DNA of 30,664 nt from positions 1 to 30,664 of the forward strand of contig JBKBIN010000015.1 in assembly GCA_046296715.1 (NCBI GenBank), in the 5' to 3' direction. This DNA is from Candidatus Ratteibacteria bacterium (GTDB taxonomy: Bacteria > Ratteibacteria > UBA8468 > B48-G9 > JAFGKM01). A program made the translations under genes and the position numbers. Of this stretch, positions 18,197-26,770 are shown piece by piece. The stretch's first letter is position 1. The number at the start of each line of letters is the position of its first letter. Below the pieces are notes generated by a model. It was not told the DNA's origin. It worked only from the letters and a program-made list of their open reading frames with translations, and did no database searches.

Positions 18197-19337
18197 AATT
18201 GGATATTTTGAGGTCTTTGATGGATGTGCAGGTGATATGTTCGTTGGAAGTTTAATAGACGCTGGTCTTGATGTTGAAATTTTAAAAAAAGAATTGGAAA
18301 AATTGCCTGTTAAAGATTACAGAATAGAAACAAAGAAAGTTAAAAGAAAAACACAATATGGACATAAGCAGGAAGGAACTCAATTTTTTGTAATTCCAAC
18401 TAAACAATGGAATGATAAAACACCTTATAGTTCAATCCTTAAAATAATAGAAAAAAGTTCATTTTCGTCAAAAATAAAAGAAAAAATAATTAAAGTTTTT
18501 GATATTCTTGCTGAGGGAGAAAGTATTGTCCACAAAGAAAAAAAAGAAAAAATTCATTTTCACCAAGTTGGTCAGATTGATGCAATCATTGAAATAACAA
18601 GTGTTATTGTTGGAATAGAAATACTTGAAATACAAGAGGTCTTTTCCAGTTCAGTGGGTATTTCAAATATAGCGCCTGCTACAATTGAAATTTTGAAAGG
18701 GGTGCCAACAATTCTTAAAAACATCCCTTATGAAATTACAACACCAACTGGTGCTGCAATTATTAAAGGTATAGCAAATTTCTCACCAATTATTTCAAAC
18801 TTTTATATAAACAGATTTGGATATGGGGCTGGAATAAGAGACGATCCACCTCCAAATATGTTGAAGTTCATCATTGGAGAAACGAAAGAAGAAAAAGAAA
18901 ATGTTATCATTATAGAAACTAATATTGATGATATGAGTCCTGTTTTAATTGGGTATTTGATTGAAAAACTTTATAAAAATGGTGCTTTTGATGTCTCTGT
19001 CTTTTCTGGAATTGGTAAAAAAAATAGACCAGTTTTCAAAGTAGAAGTTATATTGCCTGAAAAAAATTTTAAAAAAATAAGTGAGACCCTTTTTGAAGAA
19101 TCAACAACTATAGGTTTTAGATATAGGAAAGAAAATAGAATTGTTTTAGAAAGGGAAGTAAAAACAGTTAAAACACCTCTTGGTAATATAAGAATAAAAA
19201 AATCATATATAAATGGGAAAGTTATAAATGTAGCACCTGAATATGATGACTGTAAAAAAATAGCAGAGCAAGAACAAATTCCACTAAAAAAGGTATATCA
19301 GACTGTTTACAAAACTCTGGAAAATAATTTAAAATAA
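18189..19337 (+). CDS. larC: LarC-family nickel insertion protein (divergent)
   Basis: Motifs GDMFVGSLID.G, IHFHQVG, APAT, TTPTGAAI, GYGAG, ETNIDD, KKNRP, TTIGFR and PEYDDC. Confidence 0.88.
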   Translation: MSKIGYFEVFDGCAGDMFVGSLIDAGLDVEILKKELEKLPVKDYRIETKKVKRKTQYGHKQEGTQFFVIPTKQWNDKTPYSSILKIIEKSSFSSKIKEKIIKVFDILAEGESIVHKEKKEKIHFHQVGQIDAIIEITSVIVGIEILEIQEVFSSSVGISNIAPATIEILKGVPTILKNIPYEITTPTGAAIIKGIANFSPIISNFYINRFGYGAGIRDDPPPNMLKFIIGETKEEKENVIIIETNIDDMSPVLIGYLIEKLYKNGAFDVSVFSGIGKKNRPVFKVEVILPEKNFKKISETLFEESTTIGFRYRKENRIVLEREVKTVKTPLGNIRIKKSYINGKVINVAPEYDDCKKIAEQEQIPLKKVYQTVYKTLENNLK

Positions 19338-19345
19338 ATAACTAT

Positions 19346-19642
19346 ATGTTTGTAGGGACTTTAAAATTTGAAATTATTATACCTGGAAGTACCAGTTTAA
19401 AAGACAAAAGAAGGGTTGTTCAATCACTTCAAAATAAGATTAAGGCAAAATTTAATGTATCAATAGCAGAAGTTGATTATCAGGACAAATGGCAGAGAAC
19501 GGTTATAGGTTTATGTTTTGTAAATAGTGAAAAAAAAGAGATTGAGGATATTTGTGAAAAAATAAAGAAGATAATTTTTGATAATGGAGAACTTTTTGTA
19601 ATTAATGAAACAAGAGAGATTATTTATTTAGGAGAAAAATAG
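19346..19642 (+). CDS. DUF503 (YlxP) family protein
   Basis: Motifs SLKDKRRVV, KFNVSIAEVD.QD.WQR. Confidence 0.92.
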   Translation: MFVGTLKFEIIIPGSTSLKDKRRVVQSLQNKIKAKFNVSIAEVDYQDKWQRTVIGLCFVNSEKKEIEDICEKIKKIIFDNGELFVINETREIIYLGEK

Positions 19643-19643
19643 A

Positions 19644-22265
19644 ATGGAAAGTAGGTATAATCCAAAAGAAGTAGAAGAAAAAATATATAAACTCTGGGAA
19701 GAGGGTGGTTATTTTTATGTTAAACCAGATAATATAAAAGAAAAATATGTTATAGTTATTCCTCCTCCAAATATAACTGGTTTTTTACATATGGGACATG
19801 CTCTTAATAACACAATTCAGGACATTCTAATAAGATGGAAAAGAATGTCAAATTTTTGTGCATTATGGGTTCCGGGTACAGACCATGCTGGAATAGCAAC
19901 TCAAAATGTGGTTGAAAAAGAATTGCTTAAAAAAGGTATAACAAGAAAACAACTTGGAAGAGAAAAGTTTATAGAAGAAGTGTGGAAATGGAAGGAAAAA
20001 TATGGATCAAGAATTATCTTTCAACTTAAAAAACTTGGTGCTTCCTGTGATTGGACAAGGACAAGATTTACAATGGACAAAATGCTTTCAAATGCAGTAA
20101 AGGAATGTTTTGTTAGATTGTATAAAAAGGGATTAATATATAAAGGGAAAAAAATAATAAACTGGTGTCCAAGATGCGAAACTGCACTATCTGACGAAGA
20201 AGTTGAATATAGAGATGAAGAAAGCCAGTTATTTTACATAAAATACCCTCTTTTAGAAGGTGGATTTATTGAAGTAGCAACAACAAGACCAGAAACAATG
20301 CTTGGAGATACTGCTGTTGCTGTAAATCCAAAAGATATCCGTTATAAAAATCTCATTGGAAAAAAAGTAAAATTGCCATTCGTTGAAAGAATTATTCCAA
20401 TAATTGCAGATGAAAAAGTAGAAATCGAATTTGGAACAGGAGCAGTAAAAATAACTCCTGCCCACGATCCGAATGACTTTGAAATTTCCCAAAAACATAA
20501 TCTTGATTTTATTTTAATAATGACAGAAGAAGGTATTATGAATGAAAATGCTGGAAAATTTAACAAATTGGATAGATTTGAATGCAGAAGATTAATAGTA
20601 GAAGAATTAAAAAAACTTGGCTTATTATCAAAAGTTGAACCTTACACAAATAGAGTGGGGCATTGTTATAGGTGTGATACAATAATTGAACCATATCTTT
20701 CAAATCAATGGTTTGTTAAAATGAAACCACTTGCTGAACCTGCAATAAAAGTTGCTGAAGAAGGAAGATTAAAGTTTTATCCTGAAAGATGGAAAAAAGT
20801 TTATTTATATTGGCTTTATAATGTAAAAGACTGGTGCATAAGTAGACAAATATGGTGGGGACATAGAATCCCTGTATTATACTGCAAAAATAATTGTCCT
20901 CCAATAGTTGAAAAAGAAGAAATAAAAAGATGCCCTAATTGTGGAAGTGAAGAATTAAAAAGAGATGAAGATGTTCTTGATACATGGTTTTCATCCTGGT
21001 TATGGCCATTTTCTGTTTTTGGATGGCCAGAAAAAACAAAAGACCTTGAAATATTTTATCCGACAAATACATTAGTTACAGCACAAGAGATTCTATTTTT
21101 CTGGGTTGCAAGAATGGTTATGGCAGGACTTGAATTTATGGGTGATATTCCTTTTGAAAATGTTTATATTCATGGAACAGTAAGAGATGATACAGGTAAA
21201 AAAATGAGTAAATCTCTTGGTAATGTTATAGATCCTGTTGAAATAATTGATAAATATGGAGCAGATAGTTTAAGATTTAGTTTAATTTCTTTAACTGCTT
21301 TTGGACAAGATGTATTCTTGCCTCCCAATTTTTATGTGAAAGGAAGAAACTTCACAAATAAAATATGGAATTCAGCAAGATATATACTGAAAAGATGTGA
21401 AGAATTGAATGTAAAAAATATAAATTTTTTAAAAGATAGAAAAAATATAGAATTCCCAGAAAAATGGATTTTGATAAAACTTGACGAAATAGTAAAAAAA
21501 ACAAATAATTCACTTGAAAGATTTTACTTTAATGAAAGTTTAAACAATCTTTATAGTTTCTACTGGCATGATTTTTGTGACTGGTATATTGAAATTTCAA
21601 AAGTTTATAAAGATGAAAATTATATTAAAAATGTTGTAATTCCTGTCTTATGTGAAGTCTTAACTATTTCTCTTAAACTTTTTCACCCATTTATTCCTTT
21701 CATTACTGAGCAAATCTGGCAAAATTTAAAAAGATATATTAATCTTGATAGTGAAAGTATAACTATAAGTAAATGGCCACAACCTACCAATTTTTATGAC
21801 CAAGAAACTTTAAATAGTTTTGAAAGAATTAAAGATATAATAATTGCAATAAGAGATGTAAAAACAAGGTTCAAAATTCCAATTGAACAAATGGTGGAAT
21901 GTTTTTTTGATGGAGAATTAACTCAACTTGAAAAGGACATTATAAGTAAACTTGCAGGAGTTAAAGAAATAAAAAAATTTGACAAGGAAAAAAATGTTTT
22001 TGTTAGACATCTTGTATGGGGTGGACTTGGTATATCTTTTAGTGGTATAATAGATATTTCAAAAGAAAAAGAAAAAAGATTAAATGAAATAGAAAAACTA
22101 AAAGAAATACTTTTAAATATTGAAAATAGATTGAAAAACGAAGAGTTCCTTAAAAAAGCACCTATTGAAGTAATTGAAAAAGAGAAAAAGAAAATTGTTG
22201 AATTAGAAGAAAAAATAAAAAATTTACAAAAAGATATTGAGTTTATTGAAAAAAGGAGTGAGTAA
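19644..22265 (+). CDS. valS: Valine--tRNA ligase
   Basis: Motifs PPPNITG.LHMGHA, GTDHAGIATQ, ATTRPETMLGD, DWCISRQIWWGH and KMSKS; C-terminal coiled coil. Confidence 0.98.
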   Translation: MESRYNPKEVEEKIYKLWEEGGYFYVKPDNIKEKYVIVIPPPNITGFLHMGHALNNTIQDILIRWKRMSNFCALWVPGTDHAGIATQNVVEKELLKKGITRKQLGREKFIEEVWKWKEKYGSRIIFQLKKLGASCDWTRTRFTMDKMLSNAVKECFVRLYKKGLIYKGKKIINWCPRCETALSDEEVEYRDEESQLFYIKYPLLEGGFIEVATTRPETMLGDTAVAVNPKDIRYKNLIGKKVKLPFVERIIPIIADEKVEIEFGTGAVKITPAHDPNDFEISQKHNLDFILIMTEEGIMNENAGKFNKLDRFECRRLIVEELKKLGLLSKVEPYTNRVGHCYRCDTIIEPYLSNQWFVKMKPLAEPAIKVAEEGRLKFYPERWKKVYLYWLYNVKDWCISRQIWWGHRIPVLYCKNNCPPIVEKEEIKRCPNCGSEELKRDEDVLDTWFSSWLWPFSVFGWPEKTKDLEIFYPTNTLVTAQEILFFWVARMVMAGLEFMGDIPFENVYIHGTVRDDTGKKMSKSLGNVIDPVEIIDKYGADSLRFSLISLTAFGQDVFLPPNFYVKGRNFTNKIWNSARYILKRCEELNVKNINFLKDRKNIEFPEKWILIKLDEIVKKTNNSLERFYFNESLNNLYSFYWHDFCDWYIEISKVYKDENYIKNVVIPVLCEVLTISLKLFHPFIPFITEQIWQNLKRYINLDSESITISKWPQPTNFYDQETLNSFERIKDIIIAIRDVKTRFKIPIEQMVECFFDGELTQLEKDIISKLAGVKEIKKFDKEKNVFVRHLVWGGLGISFSGIIDISKEKEKRLNEIEKLKEILLNIENRLKNEEFLKKAPIEVIEKEKKKIVELEEKIKNLQKDIEFIEKRSE

Positions 22266-22579
22266 TGTATGCATTTATTGAACTTGGTGGGAAACAAATA
22301 AAAGTAAAAGAAGGATTAAAATTTTCTGTATTAAGAATTAAAAATAAAAAAGTAGGCGAGGAAATTGAATTAAAACCAATATGTTTTTTTGATGGTAAAG
22401 AATTGATTACAGAAAAGGATAAACTTGAAAATGTGAAAGTGATATGTGAAGTACTTGAAGAAAAAAAAGGCAAAAAAATTTATGTATTTAGAAAGACAGC
22501 GAAAACTGGTTATAGAAGAGGAATTGGATATAGAGATAGATTAACTGTTTTAAAAGTTAAAAGTATTATTAAAAAGTGA
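22265..22579 (+). CDS. rplU: 50S ribosomal protein L21
   Basis: MYAFIELGGKQIKVKEG at the N-terminus and KKIYVF...YRR.IGYR..LT.LKV at the C-terminus; 104 aa; TAATG overlap with valS. Confidence 0.9.
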   Translation: MYAFIELGGKQIKVKEGLKFSVLRIKNKKVGEEIELKPICFFDGKELITEKDKLENVKVICEVLEEKKGKKIYVFRKTAKTGYRRGIGYRDRLTVLKVKSIIKK

Positions 22580-23688
22580 AAAAATTTATTGAAAATTTAC
22601 CTGCAACATTTTTAGGGAAAAAAGGAATATTAGTAATTATAAAAGACAAACCTGTTTACGAAGTTGAAGAAGAAACAGAAGAATTAACAGCACTTTCAAA
22701 AACACTTGGAGTTCAAATAATAGAAACATTTTATGTAAATCTTCAACATATAAACCCAGCTACTTATATAGGAAAAGGCAAATTAGAAGAAATTAAAAAT
22801 TTTGTTCAGAAAAATAAAGTATCTCTACTTATATTTGAAAAAGACCTTTCACCTGTCCAACAAAGAAATATTGAAGAATTTTTAAATTTAAGGGTTATAG
22901 ATAGAACTGAATTGATACTTTATATTTTTGGAGAGCATGCGTATTCTAAAGAAGGTAAAATACAAGTGGAACTTGCACAGTTAAATTATTTACTTCCAAG
23001 ATTAACAGGCCATGGAATTGCACTATCTCGTCTTGGTGGTGGAGTTGGAACAAGAGGTCCAGGAGAAATGAAAATTGAGGTTTACAGAAGAAGGATAAAA
23101 AATAGAATTCATTTATTAAAAGAAAAGATAAAGGAAATTGAGAAACACAGGGAAATTTTAAGAAAATCAAGAGAAGTCTTTCCAACTGCCTCACTCTTAG
23201 GATATACAAATGTAGGGAAAAGTAGTTTATTAAATGCTTTGAGTAGTTCAAATTTATATGTTGCTGATAAATTGTTTTCAACTCTTGACCCTGCAACAAG
23301 AGGTGTATATCTTGGTGACAATAAGATATGTCTTATAAGTGATACTGTAGGACTTTTAAAAAATATTCCACACCATTTAATTGAAGCATTTAAATCAACA
23401 CTTGAAGAAGTGAAATATTCAAATATAATAATCTGTGTTTATGATATTTCAAAGCCAAACTTGGAAAAACAAAAAAATACAATAATAGAAGTTTTGAAAA
23501 TACTTGAGATTGAAAATAAACCTAAAATTGAAGTGTTTAATAAAATTGACCTCATACCAAAAGAAGAACTGGAAATAATAAAAAGTAGATATCCAGAATT
23601 TATTTTTGTTTCAGCAAAAACAAAGGAAGGAATTGATGAATTGAGAAAGAGCATTAAGGAGATATTTTATGGAAGTAAAGTTATTTAA
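22576..23688 (+). CDS. hflX: GTPase HflX
   Basis: Motifs IGKGK, QVELAQL.Y.LPRL, GTRGPGE, GYTNVGKS, LFSTLD, DTVG, NKID and SAK. Confidence 0.96.
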   Translation: MKKFIENLPATFLGKKGILVIIKDKPVYEVEEETEELTALSKTLGVQIIETFYVNLQHINPATYIGKGKLEEIKNFVQKNKVSLLIFEKDLSPVQQRNIEEFLNLRVIDRTELILYIFGEHAYSKEGKIQVELAQLNYLLPRLTGHGIALSRLGGGVGTRGPGEMKIEVYRRRIKNRIHLLKEKIKEIEKHREILRKSREVFPTASLLGYTNVGKSSLLNALSSSNLYVADKLFSTLDPATRGVYLGDNKICLISDTVGLLKNIPHHLIEAFKSTLEEVKYSNIIICVYDISKPNLEKQKNTIIEVLKILEIENKPKIEVFNKIDLIPKEELEIIKSRYPEFIFVSAKTKEGIDELRKSIKEIFYGSKVI

Positions 23689-24655
23689 AAAAGATGAAAA
23701 GAAAATAGAAGAAATCGTAAAGATTTTAAATAAAAAAGATTCCTTTCTTATAACATCTCATATTAATATTGATGGAGATGCTATTGGAAGTGAACTTGCT
23801 TTATATATCAGTCTTAAAAAACTAAATAAAAAGGTCCAAATTATAAATAACGATAAGACACCACAAATATTCAAATTCCTTCCTTTCTCAAAAGTAATAA
23901 AAACTTGGTCTATGACTGAAAAAGAAAGCAATTTTGATGTTGGAATTATTTTAGATAGCGGAAGTTTAGACAGAATAGGGAATGTAAAAGAAATAATAAA
24001 AAAGATCCCTTTTATAATTAATATTGACCATCATATAACAAATCCTAATTTTGGAAATGTAAATTGGATTAATCCATTTTTCTCTTCTTCTGGAGAAATG
24101 ATATATTTTCTATGTGAGAAACTAAATAAAATTGATAAAAATCAGGCAATATGTCTTTACGCATCTATTTTATATGACACTTGTGGATTTGTGCATAGAG
24201 TAAATAAATATACGATGGATATTGCAAAAAGACTGATTGATAAAAAGATTAACCCTGAAAAAATTGCTCAAAAAATATTCTATGAAAAATCAATTAAATC
24301 GGTAAAACTATTTAAATTAGCACTTGAAACACTGAAATTTGATAGAAAAAGAAAAATTTGTTTTATGAAAATCCCTTTAGAATTTTATAAAAAAACAAAA
24401 ACAAGTGAGGAGCATACAGAGGGATTTGTAGATTTTTTAATCTCTATAAAAGGTGTTGAAGTTGGAGTTTTGTTTAAAGAAAAGAAAAATGGAATTAAGG
24501 TTAGTTTGAGAAGTAAAGGGAAAATAGATGTAGAAAATATCGCAAGAAAATATAATGGTGGAGGGCATAGAGAAGCAGCAGGTTGTTTTTTAGAAAATAG
24601 AAAAATTGAAGAAGTTGAATTGCTTATTATGAAAGAATTGAAATGGACGGAATAA
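23669..24655 (+). CDS. nrnA: DHH/DHHA1 phosphoesterase, bifunctional oligoribonuclease/PAP phosphatase NrnA
   Basis: Motifs SH.N.DGDAIGS, NIDHH, KVSLRS and GGGHREAAG. Confidence 0.9.
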   Translation: MEVKLFKKDEKKIEEIVKILNKKDSFLITSHINIDGDAIGSELALYISLKKLNKKVQIINNDKTPQIFKFLPFSKVIKTWSMTEKESNFDVGIILDSGSLDRIGNVKEIIKKIPFIINIDHHITNPNFGNVNWINPFFSSSGEMIYFLCEKLNKIDKNQAICLYASILYDTCGFVHRVNKYTMDIAKRLIDKKINPEKIAQKIFYEKSIKSVKLFKLALETLKFDRKRKICFMKIPLEFYKKTKTSEEHTEGFVDFLISIKGVEVGVLFKEKKNGIKVSLRSKGKIDVENIARKYNGGGHREAAGCFLENRKIEEVELLIMKELKWTE

Positions 24656-25359
24656 TAAATGTATATAAACCAAAGGGAATAACTTCTTATGATGTGATTA
24701 GAATATTGAAGAAAGAATTTAAAATCAAGGATAAAATAGGACATGGAGGCACACTTGACCCAATTGGAGAAGGAGTTTTAATAATATGTCTTGGAACTGC
24801 TACAAAGATTGCAAATCAATTTATCAATTTTGATAAAGAATACATAACAGAACTTATTCTTGGAATTAAAACAGACACAGACGATACAGAAGGAAATATT
24901 ATAGAAAAAAAAGAAGTAGGGAATTTAAGCGAACAAGAAATTATTGACACTGTTAAAAGTTTTGAAGGAGAAATAGAACAGATACCGCCAATCGTTTCAG
25001 CAATTAAATATAAAGGTGTACCACTTTATAAATATTATAGAAAGGGAATAAAAATTCAGCCACCACCAAGAAAAGTAAAAATAAAAAAAATTGAAATTCT
25101 CAAGATTTCTTTACCTTATATTGAACTAAAAGTTTTATGCTCAAAAGGAACTTATATAAGGGCTCTTTGTAGGGATATAGGAGAAAAACTTGGATATGGT
25201 GGAACTCAGAGCAAACTGATAAGAACAAAAGTAGGAATATTTAAAATTGAAGATAGTGTGAAAATAGAAGATTTAAGAAGAGATGGGATAGAAAAACACT
25301 TAATATATCCTGATGAAATTTCAAAAATTTTATATGGATATCTAAATGAAAAATCTTAA
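24643..25359 (+). CDS. truB: tRNA pseudouridine(55) synthase
   Basis: Motifs KPKGITS, GHGGTLDP, TDTDD.EG, QIPP.VSAIK and CSKGTYIR; short form without an obvious PUA tail. Confidence 0.96.
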   Translation: MDGIINVYKPKGITSYDVIRILKKEFKIKDKIGHGGTLDPIGEGVLIICLGTATKIANQFINFDKEYITELILGIKTDTDDTEGNIIEKKEVGNLSEQEIIDTVKSFEGEIEQIPPIVSAIKYKGVPLYKYYRKGIKIQPPPRKVKIKKIEILKISLPYIELKVLCSKGTYIRALCRDIGEKLGYGGTQSKLIRTKVGIFKIEDSVKIEDLRRDGIEKHLIYPDEISKILYGYLNEKS

Positions 25360-26677
25360 AATTAGTGTTTCCGGTATTAGAGGTATATATCCTTCTGACC
25401 TAAATTTTGAAATTGTTTATAAATTTGGTCTTGCTTATGGAAACTTTTTAAAAGAAAAAAATATTTATATTGGAAGAGACACAAGAATTTCAGGTGAAGT
25501 TCTCAAACATATTTTAATTTCTGCACTTCTTACCACAGGTAAAAATGTTATTGATTTAGGAATAGCACCAACTCCAGTTGTTGAATTTTTTGTTGAGAAA
25601 AACAAAAAAGTAGGTGGAATAATTGTAACAGCAAGTCATAATCCAATTGAATATAACGGCATAAAATTTTTATCTTCAAAAGGAACATTTTTAAATGAGA
25701 AAGAAGGGGAAATTCTACTTGAGATATTTAAAAAAGAAAAATTTCTATTAGCCAAAAAACCAGGAGAATTATTCATTGAAAAAGATATATCAAACAAATT
25801 TTTCAAGGCAATTTTAGAAAATATAAATTCTGAAAAAATAAAAGAATGCAATTTTAAAGTTGCTGTTGATGTATGTCAGGGAGTAGGGGCTTTATATACA
25901 AAAGAATTCCTTGAACAATTAAACTGTAAAGTTGAAATCCTAAATGAAAAACCATATGGTATTTTTGCCCATAACCCTGAACCAAAAAAAGAAACATTAA
26001 AGCAACTTTCAAAATTTATAAAAACAAAAAATATAGACATTGGATTTGCTCAAGATCCAGATGGAGATAGATTAGCAATAGTTGACGAAAAAGGAAATAT
26101 AGTTGGAGAAGAAAAGGTTCTTGCAATATGTGTAAAAAATATACTTGAAAAAATAAAGACGCCTGTTGTGATTAATCTTTCTACTTCTATGTTAATAGAT
26201 TATCTTGCAAAACAATTTGATGTTAAAGTTTATAGGACAAAAATTGGAGAGGTAAATGTTGTAGAGAAAATGAAAAAAGTCAAAGCAATAATTGGTGGCG
26301 AAGGAAATGGAGGAGTAATTTATTCACCAGTTCATTTTGGAAGAGATAGTTTTGTTGCTATGGCTTTAATCTTGGAATATATGGCAAAAAATGGTAAAAC
26401 AATATCTGAAATTGTTTCTGAATTTCCTGTTTATTATATGGAAAAGAAAAAATACCAGATACAAATTCAAAAAATAAAACAGATAATGGAAAAATTAAAA
26501 AGAAAATATGACAAAGAAAAAATTGACTTATCAGATGGAATAAAGATAATTAGGAAAGACGGCTGGATTCATATAAGACCTTCAGGAACAGAACCTGTAT
26601 TAAGATTGATTGTTGAAACTGAAAGCAAAAAAAGTTTAAAAAAATATTTAGAAGAATTTGCAGCATCCATCTTATAA
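25346..26677 (+). CDS. glmM: Phosphohexomutase (phosphoglucosamine mutase / PMM-PGM family)
   Basis: Motifs SGIRG, GRDTR.SG, TASHNP (phospho-Ser), DPDGDR, GEGNGG and RPSGTEP. Substrate specificity cannot be resolved by eye. Confidence 0.82.
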   Translation: MKNLKISVSGIRGIYPSDLNFEIVYKFGLAYGNFLKEKNIYIGRDTRISGEVLKHILISALLTTGKNVIDLGIAPTPVVEFFVEKNKKVGGIIVTASHNPIEYNGIKFLSSKGTFLNEKEGEILLEIFKKEKFLLAKKPGELFIEKDISNKFFKAILENINSEKIKECNFKVAVDVCQGVGALYTKEFLEQLNCKVEILNEKPYGIFAHNPEPKKETLKQLSKFIKTKNIDIGFAQDPDGDRLAIVDEKGNIVGEEKVLAICVKNILEKIKTPVVINLSTSMLIDYLAKQFDVKVYRTKIGEVNVVEKMKKVKAIIGGEGNGGVIYSPVHFGRDSFVAMALILEYMAKNGKTISEIVSEFPVYYMEKKKYQIQIQKIKQIMEKLKRKYDKEKIDLSDGIKIIRKDGWIHIRPSGTEPVLRLIVETESKKSLKKYLEEFAASIL

Positions 26678-26770
26678 AAAAGGAGCGTACAGAACGGTAA
26701 AAAAACAGAAAAAGAAAATTTTAGATTATTCCTTTAAAAGGCCATTTTGAAATAGTAAAAAAATTTAAAA

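Noticed and set aside
26678..26770. Intrinsic terminator or small RNA after the phosphohexomutase gene
   Set aside because: Only very short inverted repeats are present (e.g. CCTTT-A-AAAGG); there is no stable GC stem followed by a U tract.
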